A stretch of 64,000 bases of DNA from a virus: positions 20,139 through 84,138 of IMG/VR virus record IMGVR_UViG_3300036770_003386, one strand, 5' to 3'. Under the pieces are notes generated by a model. The model made no database searches and was not told the DNA's origin. It was given only the letters and a program-made list of their open reading frames with translations. The position numbers and the translations under genes were made by a program. Shown here one piece after another: positions 7,612 through 16,780 of this stretch. Every line of letters begins with the position of its first letter. Within the stretch, counting starts at the first letter, position 1.

Positions 7612-9768
7612 TCAAGCAACGAGTTCTACAAACTCACTAAGAATACGCTTATTCATTTTTTTAGTCTTTAAACTCTTAACAAAAGCAGATTTGATTTGTG
7701 CTTTTGTTGCATCCTCAACAACGGAAAATTCAGATTCTTGAGAAAGAGCACTTGCAGAAAGACCAAAATAAGAATGATACCCAGACTTTTTGATGGTAAA
7801 TGCTTTCTCTTTTTTCCAAGAGTTCATCACCTTATCATACTCATTACCATAATACCCATAGTAACGGCGAATAAAGTGTCCAGCATCACGAGATTCAAGA
7901 ACACGAATACCAATAAAGTTGATGTCAGTAAATTTGTCCCGCAGATTGCGAAGAAGAACATCAGTAAAATTAGGATATTCAACGTCACATGAGTAAGTCA
8001 TTCCAGTCTTACGATCTCGCAAGAAAGAATTAGGCCCAATATGAGAAGTTCCAAGATACGGGTCATCTTCCCAACGACGCTGAACTTCACGATGATACTT
8101 AAGCATACATCCTTCACCATCAGTCAGCACAACACATTGAACTTTTTGCAATTTATTTTCTTTTTGAAACTTTGGTAGAATTTGATGAAGTGAAATAAGT
8201 GCTTCATTTAAAGGAGTGCCCGAAAGAGTTAATCCAACAGGAGCACTATAATAACAATGAGAATTATATCTAAAAGATTCTGCAAGGCGATAAATGTTTT
8301 TCATTTGATCCTCTAAGGTTTTACCATTCACTTTACTAGTAAGAAGGTTCATCAAAGAAAACCATTCGCCAACTTGAACTAATCCATCCTTCTTTTTATA
8401 AGAAAGTTGGCGCATATTTGCTTTACCATTTTCATCATACTTCACCAGAGGATAATCAGTAGTAAAAGCATAAACCTCAAAAGGAATAGAAACCTTTTTA
8501 CAGAACCAAACAAGATTAAAAAGTTGCTTGACAGTATCTGCCATCACATTTGACATAGATCCAGACCAATCAAGAATAAACACCAGTCCATGGTTCTTAC
8601 CATCAGAAAAAGTAGTTACTTTCTTAAACAGATCTTCATTATACTTGTAAGTATGAAGTTTAGAACAATCAAGAACACCAGTACGTGCGGTAGAGGCACG
8701 AGCATAAGAGTCTGCTGCTTTACGACATTCAAACTCTTTCACAAGATAATTAACTTCCTTTTGAGCAGAACGCTTAAATTCTGCAAATTGCTTATCAACT
8801 GCACCAAAAATATCTTGAAAATTCCATCCCTGAACCTCAAGGTAATTATCCCAATACTGTTTACAACTAGAATGAATTTCTTCGTTTGGAACAATTACTT
8901 GATCAAGATTAAGTTGAGGCAATTCAAGATAAACATTCTCACATGAGTCAGGATTAACAAGATCCTTCAGTGCCTCTTCCAGAGAGTCCATAGTTTTAAC
9001 CTCTGGATCCTCATCCTTTTCTCCACCCTCTTGAGTGTTTTTAGGTTGTTGCTGATCATTTTTCTCGGCAGTTCCACCATACGATCCAGGTTCGGCAGGT
9101 TGCTCCTGTTGATCATTCTCACCTTCCTGCTGATCAGTAAAATCAGAGGCAGGTTGCTGATTCGCACCACTATCTTGCGATTCCAGATTATCAATCTTAG
9201 TCTTGGTTTCTTCCTGCTGCTTTTGCTTACAATACTTATACAGTGCTTCTGCCGCAATCAGAACATCACCAAAAGTCTCACTATCAGCAATCAGATTAAT
9301 AATTTCAGTCTCTTCACCCCTCTCAACAGGAATATCTACATAGTTACCAATCTTAAACCACAGGTTAGCACGATCGGCAAGATTATAGGTTTCGATTTTG
9401 TCGTCTTTGATTTGAAAGAAATCTTGATCTGCAAGTTCTTTATAACCATTGAAGAAAGTCTTTGCCAGACCAGCATAACGACGTTTCATCAGTTTCTCAA
9501 TGCGAGCATCCTCAACCACATTTACAAACTGTGGAGGAATCTTATGCTCCTTCAACCAATCCTCATCAGGAGTATAAAGTGCGTGACCCACCTCGTGACC
9601 CACCAGAAGGTCATACACGGTGTTGCTTGCCTTTTCCCACATCGGCAGTGTCAAAACACGAGTGTGGACATTGAAACAAGCAGTCTCTACTTTCTTGTGC
9701 TCTACCACCAAATCCTCAGTGGCAAGCAGTTTAGCGAGTTGGGACTTAATTTCGTGGCGGACAGTCAT
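7612..9768 (-). CDS. CobT-like VWA protein with N-terminal HExxH metallopeptidase domain
   Basis: GHEVGHALYT; MIDAS DWSGSM, GTPLNEAL, LTDGE; usual partner of phage CobS. Confidence 0.8.
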   Translation of the reverse strand: MTVRHEIKSQLAKLLATEDLVVEHKKVETACFNVHTRVLTLPMWEKASNTVYDLLVGHEVGHALYTPDEDWLKEHKIPPQFVNVVEDARIEKLMKRRYAGLAKTFFNGYKELADQDFFQIKDDKIETYNLADRANLWFKIGNYVDIPVERGEETEIINLIADSETFGDVLIAAEALYKYCKQKQQEETKTKIDNLESQDSGANQQPASDFTDQQEGENDQQEQPAEPGSYGGTAEKNDQQQPKNTQEGGEKDEDPEVKTMDSLEEALKDLVNPDSCENVYLELPQLNLDQVIVPNEEIHSSCKQYWDNYLEVQGWNFQDIFGAVDKQFAEFKRSAQKEVNYLVKEFECRKAADSYARASTARTGVLDCSKLHTYKYNEDLFKKVTTFSDGKNHGLVFILDWSGSMSNVMADTVKQLFNLVWFCKKVSIPFEVYAFTTDYPLVKYDENGKANMRQLSYKKKDGLVQVGEWFSLMNLLTSKVNGKTLEDQMKNIYRLAESFRYNSHCYYSAPVGLTLSGTPLNEALISLHQILPKFQKENKLQKVQCVVLTDGEGCMLKYHREVQRRWEDDPYLGTSHIGPNSFLRDRKTGMTYSCDVEYPNFTDVLLRNLRDKFTDINFIGIRVLESRDAGHFIRRYYGYYGNEYDKVMNSWKKEKAFTIKKSGYHSYFGLSASALSQESEFSVVEDATKAQIKSAFVKSLKTKKMNKRILSEFVELVA

Positions 9769-9789
9769 AGGTTTGTTTCAGATGCCCTC

Positions 9790-9846
9790 ATTATACAAAA
9801 AAAGAGGGTGGTGAAACCCTCTAGTGTGCCAGTTTGAAAAGTGGTT
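9790..9846 (-). promoter_or_regulatory. box + stem-loop + -10 element (copy B)
   Basis: AACCACTTTTCAAACTGGCACA, AGAGGGT/ACCCTCT hairpin, T-run, TATAAT. Confidence 0.55.
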
Positions 9847-10382
9847 CAGTTTGGACGACGCTTTTGCATCATTTCTTTATTTTTCTTTTCACCAACGCCA
9901 AGAACTGCTTTTGTGACACCCTTTATAGCATGTCCTACGGGATCTGCAAGATTTTTTTGGAAGTTTTTAGCACCCTCTTCTGGAGATGTGCGTGGATTTG
10001 AAAGTAATCTTCCCGCAAGTTTTGATGCCCCAACACTCAGACCCATACCCTCAACAATACTTTGCTTCCACTCTTCACTCATTGCACTTATAATTTTTTC
10101 TGCAGATTTCTCATCAGATGCAAATCCTTCACCAAGAAGATAATCAATCAAATATTCTTCATTATGTCTATAAGAAACTCTTGGATTAACTTCGTGCTCA
10201 GAACCACGACCTCTACTACCAGTCATTCGATGTTGAGAAAAAGTATCTCCCACTCTATCATCTCCTCTTTCCTTTCTTGCCATCCTTCTTTTCTTTTCAA
10301 ATTCATGTCTTTTTTTAGCACTCATTTTTTTCTTAGGAATAGGTAGTCCCGTAATACCCTCTTCGGTTTCGTCTTTTGCCAT
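9846..10382 (-). CDS. putative capsid-packaged/internal protein
   Basis: 178 aa; YLIDYLLGEGFASDEKSAEKIISAMSEEWKQSIVE module; exact TATAAATA 21 nt upstream. Confidence 0.6.
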   Translation of the reverse strand: MAKDETEEGITGLPIPKKKMSAKKRHEFEKKRRMARKERGDDRVGDTFSQHRMTGSRGRGSEHEVNPRVSYRHNEEYLIDYLLGEGFASDEKSAEKIISAMSEEWKQSIVEGMGLSVGASKLAGRLLSNPRTSPEEGAKNFQKNLADPVGHAIKGVTKAVLGVGEKKNKEMMQKRRPN

Positions 10383-10402
10383 CTTACTAATACTTTTTTA
10401 GA

Positions 10403-10410
10403 TATTTATA
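10403..10410 (-). promoter_or_regulatory. T4-type late promoter TATAAATA
   Basis: Exact consensus directly after a terminator. Confidence 0.75.
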
Positions 10411-10540
10411 AAAAAGAAGCGCCCCTTGAGAGGCGCTTCTTGAGTGCTTGGCGTCGTGCCTTTGCTTGTCGGAGTGCTTGCGGTTTGAGTTTACGCTTCT
10501 GCTCCTTTTTAGAGTGATGTTGCCAGTTTGGAAGTTTCAT
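10406..10540 (-). CDS. 44-aa basic hypothetical protein (not in ORF track)
   Basis: MKLPNWQHHSKKEQKRKLKPQALRQAKARRQALKKRLSRGASFL; follows stem-loop promoter copy C. Confidence 0.55.
   Translation of the reverse strand: MKLPNWQHHSKKEQKRKLKPQALRQAKARRQALKKRLSRGASFL
10410..10441 (-). terminator. intrinsic terminator
   Basis: AGAAGCGCCTC-TCAA-GGGGCGCTTCT followed by TTTTT. Confidence 0.75.
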
Positions 10541-10563
10541 TTGTTCGTTGTTTATGATTCTAC

Positions 10564-10607
10564 TTTATATGAGAATCCTCCTTCGTGCGAAGGGGGTGTG
10601 CCAGTTT
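10564..10607 (-). promoter_or_regulatory. box + stem-loop + -10 element (copy C)
   Basis: AAACTGGCACA, CCTTC/GAAGG hairpin, then TATAAA (TAGAAT also present just downstream). Confidence 0.45.
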
Positions 10608-11193
10608 ATTTATTGCCCCATCTTTTGAGTGCTGCTTGCCTCATTTTTTCCTTTGCTTCAGGAGAATGAGATTTACCTTTCATGGGATTATTTTCACTCA
10701 TTTTTAAACTCATATTTTTTTTAAACTCTTCATTATGATTTTTTCCATACATTCCATTTTTTTCTCCAGAATTTTTTCTCCTTGGATCATTTTTCATTTT
10801 CTCAATGGTTTCGGGTGAATGTTTTTTACCCAGCATAGGCGGTGTTTTTTGTTTTAGTTTTTCTATTGTTTCTGGAGAATGTTTCCAACCAGAATTTATA
10901 GTCATCCCCCCACCACCAGGAGAAACATTTAATAAGTTAGAATTTTCACAAATATATTTTATTTCCAAATTTTCAATATAAGAAGCATCTTCACTTTGTT
11001 CCAAAATAGATAATTCAAAATTTTCAACTCCATATTTTCTAATAGAGTTATAAAATTTGGGACAATCATTTTTCTTCTTTTCGGTTTTATAAGCATATTG
11101 ATGTTTTTTCCAACGTTCTTCTGGTTTAAGAGAAGTTATGCCAATATATTTTTGTCCCGTAATTTTATTTTCAATACAATATAAACTATACAC
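10606..11193 (-). mobile_element. free-standing GIY-YIG homing endonuclease with NUMOD3 repeats (Seg-like)
   Basis: SLYCIENKITGQKYIGIT...ERWKKH...E; four NUMOD3-like units (KHSPETIEKLK, KHSPETIEKMK, NHNEEFKKNMS, SHSPEAKEKMR). Confidence 0.85.
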
Positions 11194-11220
11194 TGAACTA
11201 AATGAGAACTGAACTATGAT

Positions 11221-11228
11221 TATTTATA
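11221..11228 (-). promoter_or_regulatory. late promoter TATAAATA for the homing endonuclease
   Basis: Exact consensus between gp46 stop and endonuclease start. Confidence 0.7.
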
Positions 11229-11233
11229 AAATA

Positions 11234-12949
11234 TTACATTTCAGTCTTATAAGAAAAACCAGATTTTTTTTCAAACTTTAGTGTACGGTCAAATTTTTCT
11301 TGAAGATCTGATTTATGTGAAATTACAAATACATTAGTGTCTTTAACAACATACCTAATAATTTTTAAGAACTCATCGGCACCAAATCCATCAAGAGATC
11401 CATCAAAAACTTCATCAAATATAAGGATATTGCAATTTACAGAATTTTTTAGTTTTGCTATTTCACGCCAAGCAAAAATCAAAGCAAGATCTATACGTGC
11501 TTTTTCACCCTCACTGAAAGAACTATAAGAAAAGTCTTCGTGAATAGGTGATTTCACAGTTTCTGTAAATTCTTCATTCAAATGAAAATTAATATAAAAA
11601 TCCATCATTTGAAGATAACGGTTCACCTGCTGATTTATGAACGGAAGATACTTCTTAATGATCTTCGTTTTTACACCATCATCCTTAAGTAAGGAATAGG
11701 CAAAATCGTAATGTACGATTTGTTGTTTTTTATCTGAGAGATCTTCGATTGTCTTTTGGAGATTTTCCTTAAATTCTTCTAATTTCTCGTGTTCAGTATT
11801 TCGGTTTGCAAGATTCTTGGCAATTGTTTGAATTTCATGTTCAAGATCTCGGATTTGTCTCTGGTTGAGGGAAATCCTAGTATTATTTTGAGAAATGCCA
11901 TGCGTTAGTTTCGTAATCTCCTTGGATAGAGCAATGAATTGACGCTCTCTCTCCTGTTCGAACTTGATAGTGTTTTCGAGTTCTTCGTAACCTTCCTTAA
12001 GTTCCTTTGCCTTATTTTGAGCGTCTGTAATTCTATTTAACCGAAACTCTTCCTCGATTGTTTGTGTGCAAGTAGGGCATACCGTATTCCCTGTAAAAAA
12101 CTTATGCTCTTTGGTAATCACAGATACCTTCTGTGATATTTTACCCTTAAGATTGTTTAGTTTTACTAACTTATCACCAGCACCAACAACTTCTTCCTGT
12201 TCTTTCGTATAAGCAAAAATCTGCTCTTCGGTACGAGCATTTTCAGTCATATAAACACCAACTTCAACATCTAACTTGGTAATCTTTTCCTTATTGGCAT
12301 TTATATTGGCATTTCCTCTATTCTCAAGTTCTTCAATGAAACTTTCTTGCATACTAATTTTATCTTTGAGATTATCTTTTTTTAAATTTAAAGATTTAAT
12401 CTCTTCCTTTTGTTCTTTAATCTTTTCCTTCACAATACTGCCCATCGCAGAAAAAACGCGAATATCCAAAAGGTCTTCAATTACTTCACGACGATTCGAA
12501 GAAGTAAGTTGCATAAATGGTACAAAATTACTGCTACCCAATATCACAATTTGAGTAAAAGATTTATAATTTACTTTAAGAATATTTTCTTCTAAGATTT
12601 TTTGATTGGCACGATCATCTGACTCTTTATGAAGAAGAACTCCATTCACTTCAATGTCAAAAATATTTGGTTTAATTCCACGACGAACCAAATATTTTTT
12701 ATTATTGACTGAGAATTCAATTTCAACTATACAATCTTTTTCATTTACACTATTTACAAGTTGTGGTTTTGTGATTCCCCTAAAACTTTTATTGAAAAGA
12801 ACAAATGTAAGAGCATCCAACATAGTGGACTTTCCTGCTCCATTTGTACCAATTATAAGATTTGTATTACTTTTTTGAAAGTCAATTTCAGTAAATTGAT
12901 TACCAGATGAGAGAAAATTTTTATATTTGATCTTATGAAATAACAACAT
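11234..12949 (-). CDS. gp46: recombination endonuclease ATPase subunit (T4 gp46, Rad50/SbcC-like)
   Basis: GTNGAGKS, CPTC zinc hook, FSEGEK signature, LIFDEVFD. Confidence 0.95.
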   Translation of the reverse strand: MLLFHKIKYKNFLSSGNQFTEIDFQKSNTNLIIGTNGAGKSTMLDALTFVLFNKSFRGITKPQLVNSVNEKDCIVEIEFSVNNKKYLVRRGIKPNIFDIEVNGVLLHKESDDRANQKILEENILKVNYKSFTQIVILGSSNFVPFMQLTSSNRREVIEDLLDIRVFSAMGSIVKEKIKEQKEEIKSLNLKKDNLKDKISMQESFIEELENRGNANINANKEKITKLDVEVGVYMTENARTEEQIFAYTKEQEEVVGAGDKLVKLNNLKGKISQKVSVITKEHKFFTGNTVCPTCTQTIEEEFRLNRITDAQNKAKELKEGYEELENTIKFEQERERQFIALSKEITKLTHGISQNNTRISLNQRQIRDLEHEIQTIAKNLANRNTEHEKLEEFKENLQKTIEDLSDKKQQIVHYDFAYSLLKDDGVKTKIIKKYLPFINQQVNRYLQMMDFYINFHLNEEFTETVKSPIHEDFSYSSFSEGEKARIDLALIFAWREIAKLKNSVNCNILIFDEVFDGSLDGFGADEFLKIIRYVVKDTNVFVISHKSDLQEKFDRTLKFEKKSGFSYKTEM

Positions 12950-13202
12950 TTTTAGGAGGAATTACAATATCATTGGGAGTAATTATAGAATACTTGTAAT
13001 TATACATTTTACAAGTTTTGATGGCAAGTTCAGCATCAACTTCAACAACATCCATTTCAGCATCTTCTTGATCTTCTAACATTAAAGCATATCGAGTAGC
13101 ATCATCTTCTTCTTCAAAAAGAAATAAAACCTTATGTCCATATTGATCTTGGACAGCATATGCTCCATCATCTTTTCTATCTTTAAGAGTTAGAAGAAAC
13201 AT
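12933..13202 (-). CDS. conserved cyanophage hypothetical protein between gp47 and gp46
   Basis: 89 aa; LFLFEEEDDATRYALML; packing and synteny. Confidence 0.7.
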   Translation of the reverse strand: MFLLTLKDRKDDGAYAVQDQYGHKVLFLFEEEDDATRYALMLEDQEDAEMDVVEVDAELAIKTCKMYNYKYSIITPNDIVIPPKNVVIS

Positions 13203-13203
13203 T

Positions 13204-14238
13204 TTACTCTACTTGCGATGCTTGCTGATAAAGATCTTGAATGATCGTTTTAATAACATTTTTATCAAAATTAAATTCAGAATCATCTATATAGCGATTT
13301 AATACAGAAAGAGTATTTTCATCTTCGTCCACTTGAAAATCTCCACTTTCCTGAATTTCAAAGTTTTCAATAATTTTTAGTTCTTGGACACCAACATTAT
13401 AAAGTTTATCTATAAATTTTTCAAAATCTTTTGGTTTAGATTTTTTACGAACAATCACTTTGACAATTTTGTTTTGATACTCTGTTGTATCAAATAATTG
13501 ATGTGGAGTATCTTCATAATAAATGTTATAGAATAATTTATAAGGATTGTTGATTGGAGTATGTTCTAATGTTTCCGTATCAAAAATATGGAAACCACGA
13601 GTATCATTCACATCAGTCCAATACATTTCATATGGATTTCCTAAGTAAAAGATTGTCCCGTTAGTCGATCGAGTGTGATAGTGTCCCGAGTAGACCCTAT
13701 CGAACTTCTCAAATAATTCGCTCTCCAAACCATGTTCCATGATGAGTTGTCGATTAACTCTAAATCCTTGGCATTCAAGGTGCCCCATCGCACACTTGCA
13801 AGTTGTCTTTTCAATAAGTTTAAAAGTAAGTTCTTCATTTTCTTGATTAATCCAGGGTAAAAATAAAATATTCAATCCACCGATATTTACTTCAGTTGGT
13901 TTACTATAAGTTTTAATATTTGAATAAGTTTGAAGAAGAAGTTCTGGAGAGTTTACGTTATTAGTATTCTTATAATAAGTATCATGATTACCAATAATCA
14001 TATAGACTTTATACTTTTTAAGAGGATCAAATACAACTCTTTTTGCCCATTCAAGACTTTGATAGTCAATCGATTTCCGACTATCAAATGCATCTCCCAT
14101 ATGAATCACTGCCTCTACATTATTTTCTTCTAATGCAGGGAAAAACACATTATTGTAAAATAATTCAAAATAATCGTGAATATATTTTGAACCTTTACGA
14201 GCACCGTAGTGAGTATCAGTGATAATTGCTACCTTCAT
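13204..14238 (-). CDS. gp47: recombination endonuclease nuclease subunit (T4 gp47, Mre11/SbcD-like)
   Basis: ITDTHYG, GDAFD, GNHD, GHLE, SGHYH. Confidence 0.95.
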   Translation of the reverse strand: MKVAIITDTHYGARKGSKYIHDYFELFYNNVFFPALEENNVEAVIHMGDAFDSRKSIDYQSLEWAKRVVFDPLKKYKVYMIIGNHDTYYKNTNNVNSPELLLQTYSNIKTYSKPTEVNIGGLNILFLPWINQENEELTFKLIEKTTCKCAMGHLECQGFRVNRQLIMEHGLESELFEKFDRVYSGHYHTRSTNGTIFYLGNPYEMYWTDVNDTRGFHIFDTETLEHTPINNPYKLFYNIYYEDTPHQLFDTTEYQNKIVKVIVRKKSKPKDFEKFIDKLYNVGVQELKIIENFEIQESGDFQVDEDENTLSVLNRYIDDSEFNFDKNVIKTIIQDLYQQASQVE

Positions 14239-14756
14239 TTATTGCGATATTGAATGGCATCCTTGATACTATTATACTCCGAACTGTGCCCAGAAAGCAA
14301 GCTGTCATCAATCATCATAACCTCATCAAAACCAGTCTTTTCAATAATCTTTGTTTTTATTTCTAACTGGCGTTTTTCCTTTCCTATTCTTCTCAAAAAT
14401 GCGTAGTGAATAATTTGAGTAAAATATGAAAATGGATTGGTTGACTTTTCTGGATCAAAGTTGTGAATGTATTGAACACAATTTTCTATTCCATCAGAGA
14501 TCATATCCTCACGAAACATATAATTTACAAAGTTTGGTTTATATGAAAGATGAGTAGCAATCTTCAAAAAACATTCTCCAATATAATTTGGAATTGGTGG
14601 TTTACCTTCCCAATGCTTTCCTCTATCTTCTCTAGTGGGAGATCTATTATTTTTTTTAATAAAAGATTCTTCTACTTTTTTCCTATAAACAACTAAAGAT
14701 TCTAACAATTCTTTGTTATTGACATAATGTTCAGACTTGGTTTTACCTCTAGACAT
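14235..14756 (-). CDS. gp55: late transcription sigma factor (T4 gp55)
   Basis: HYVNNKELL...YIGECFLKIATHLS...DMISDGIENC...NPFSYFTQI. Confidence 0.95.
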   Translation of the reverse strand: MSRGKTKSEHYVNNKELLESLVVYRKKVEESFIKKNNRSPTREDRGKHWEGKPPIPNYIGECFLKIATHLSYKPNFVNYMFREDMISDGIENCVQYIHNFDPEKSTNPFSYFTQIIHYAFLRRIGKEKRQLEIKTKIIEKTGFDEVMMIDDSLLSGHSSEYNSIKDAIQYRNK

Positions 14757-14794
14757 AAAAATAATTTATATTAAGTTTAAAAATTGTTATGTCC

Positions 14795-14824
14795 ATTATA
14801 GCACATAATTAAAAGGCTTGACAA
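14795..14824 (-). promoter_or_regulatory. sigma70-type promoter for gp55
   Basis: TTGTCA-N18-TATAAT with extended TG. Confidence 0.65.
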
Positions 14825-14846
14825 ACAGTATAAAACTTAGTAGACT
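14818..14846 (+). promoter_or_regulatory. antisense sigma70-type promoter
   Basis: TTGACA-N17-TAGACT on the plus strand. Confidence 0.55.
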
Positions 14847-14873
14847 ACCTTTGTCTCGGTTGAAGATGAGAGT

Positions 14874-15284
14874 TTAGTTTTCTTTAATACCATTAAAGAT
14901 TCTTTCGAGTTTCTTACGAGCATCTTCAACGGAAGATAAGTATCCCATTTTAGGAGATGGTTTAACACAACCACTAGGTTCATACAATTCAATCGAATTA
15001 TCATCTTCATTAATATAATTGTTATAAAGACCAATCATTCTTTTATCTTTAGTTTCAGTCATAGTAATAATCTTATCAAGTTTTACAATAAAGAAATCAT
15101 CATCTGACATTTCCATCCAAGGTTTTACTTTAATGTATGATCCTTGAGAACTTGTAACCATTTTCATTATGATAGGATCTTGAAGAATTATAATAGGATC
15201 CCCATCATTATCATCAGTCATTACAAGGGACATGATTTCTTCCCCTGATACTAATTTTATAATTGCGTAGAATTCTTCTCCCAT
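14874..15284 (-). CDS. conserved T4-like phage protein, Sm-like fold suspected
   Basis: YAIIKLVSGEEIMS; position between uvsW and gp55. Confidence 0.65.
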   Translation of the reverse strand: MGEEFYAIIKLVSGEEIMSLVMTDDNDGDPIIILQDPIIMKMVTSSQGSYIKVKPWMEMSDDDFFIVKLDKIITMTETKDKRMIGLYNNYINEDDNSIELYEPSGCVKPSPKMGYLSSVEDARKKLERIFNGIKEN

Positions 15285-16747
15285 TAGTTTTTAAGTGGTA
15301 TATTTACAATATCATAATTAAAGTTTTCTTCATTATAGACTTTGATTCTTTCAATTAAGTGATTAAGTGTATAATTCTTTCTTGACTTATAACTGATATC
15401 ATCGGCAATGTCATATAGAGTTGCTTTTGTTTTATTATTTCCTTTTCTTAAGACTCTTCCGATTGATTGGAGGTTTCTGATTCTTGATTTACTAGGGGAA
15501 GCAAAGATAACATTATGTAAATTTCGGATGTTAACACCAGTAGAAAAAGTACCGTAAGAAGCAACGATGATTGCATTGTTTTCTTTTTCAGTGATTTCTC
15601 TTACCTTCTCACGATTTTCAGTATCAACGCCACCATGCACAAAGAATACATGGCGGTCATCAGTAATACTCTTATTTATTAATTCATATAAGGGTTGTCC
15701 GTGACCTTCAACACGAGCAAAGAGAATCAAAGTGTTTCCCTTTAAATCAAGAGCAAGATTCTTGATAAACTTATTTCTTTTTTCGTGATTGATAATATAC
15801 TGGACTTCATCTTCAAAAGTCTCAAAACGATTTGGTGGGTGTTTCAATAAAAGAATGTTAATGTCTAATGTAGCAACATGACCTTTCTTCATTAACTCAT
15901 CAGTTTTAATAATCTTGTAAGAAGGACCGAATAAACCCTCTAAAACCCACTTATGAGTTTGACTTCCATCAAGTGTTCCTGTGAATCCAAAACGATATTT
16001 ACAATCAGAAAGTTTTGTCATTATAGATACTAATGACTTTGATTTAAACTGGTGTGCTTCATCTCCTACGACCACATTAAATCTTGAAAAGTATTGGCGG
16101 GGGAGTTTGTAGATGGACTGCCAGGTAGTGATAATTACCTGAGAATCCGTTTCTCTTTCTTTCCCAGCATAAATCTTGTGGCAATATGACCCCACATCAA
16201 ACCCATAATCTTCAAAATCTTTATACATCTGCTCTACAAGGGATGTCGTTGGGACAACTACGAGAATATTTTGTCCTTTCTCAACGTAATATCTCACAAT
16301 CGAGTATATCATCAAAGACTTTCCAGAAGCAGTTGGAGATATCAACAACTTTCTATTATGTCTTAATGCGTCGTATACTCCCTCAACTTGGTAATCGCGG
16401 GGAGCGTACTTACAGATAGAATTCATATAATCTTTTACACCTTCCTTTGAGATGTGCTCATTGACCTCAAAAGGAAGACCGTAATACTTATTGTTTAGAA
16501 ACTCATAAGTGTATTCGTGTTGCTCACAAAATCTTATGAGTTTATCTAATAGACCAACGTATATTTCTTGCGTATTAATATTGAACAGGTGAATGTAACC
16601 ATCCCACCACTTATTCTTGTAGGCAGGTGCGAATTTAGCATTTGGAACTTCAAATTGAAATGCGTCTCTTAACTCATAGTAGACGTGTGGCTCTGCTTCA
16701 ACTTGAAGAAATACCTCATTCTTCTTTGAAATAATCAAATGTGACAT
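15284..16747 (-). CDS. uvsW: RNA-DNA/DNA helicase UvsW
   Basis: SPTASGKS, DEAH, GFTGT, QSIGRVLR. Confidence 0.93.
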   Translation of the reverse strand: MSHLIISKKNEVFLQVEAEPHVYYELRDAFQFEVPNAKFAPAYKNKWWDGYIHLFNINTQEIYVGLLDKLIRFCEQHEYTYEFLNNKYYGLPFEVNEHISKEGVKDYMNSICKYAPRDYQVEGVYDALRHNRKLLISPTASGKSLMIYSIVRYYVEKGQNILVVVPTTSLVEQMYKDFEDYGFDVGSYCHKIYAGKERETDSQVIITTWQSIYKLPRQYFSRFNVVVGDEAHQFKSKSLVSIMTKLSDCKYRFGFTGTLDGSQTHKWVLEGLFGPSYKIIKTDELMKKGHVATLDINILLLKHPPNRFETFEDEVQYIINHEKRNKFIKNLALDLKGNTLILFARVEGHGQPLYELINKSITDDRHVFFVHGGVDTENREKVREITEKENNAIIVASYGTFSTGVNIRNLHNVIFASPSKSRIRNLQSIGRVLRKGNNKTKATLYDIADDISYKSRKNYTLNHLIERIKVYNEENFNYDIVNIPLKN

Positions 16748-16768
16748 TCATAACATATCAGTTATGAT

Positions 16769-16776
16769 TATTTATT
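16769..16776 (-). promoter_or_regulatory. late promoter variant AATAAATA
   Basis: Intergenic, upstream of uvsW. Confidence 0.45.
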
Positions 16777-16780
16777 TCTG

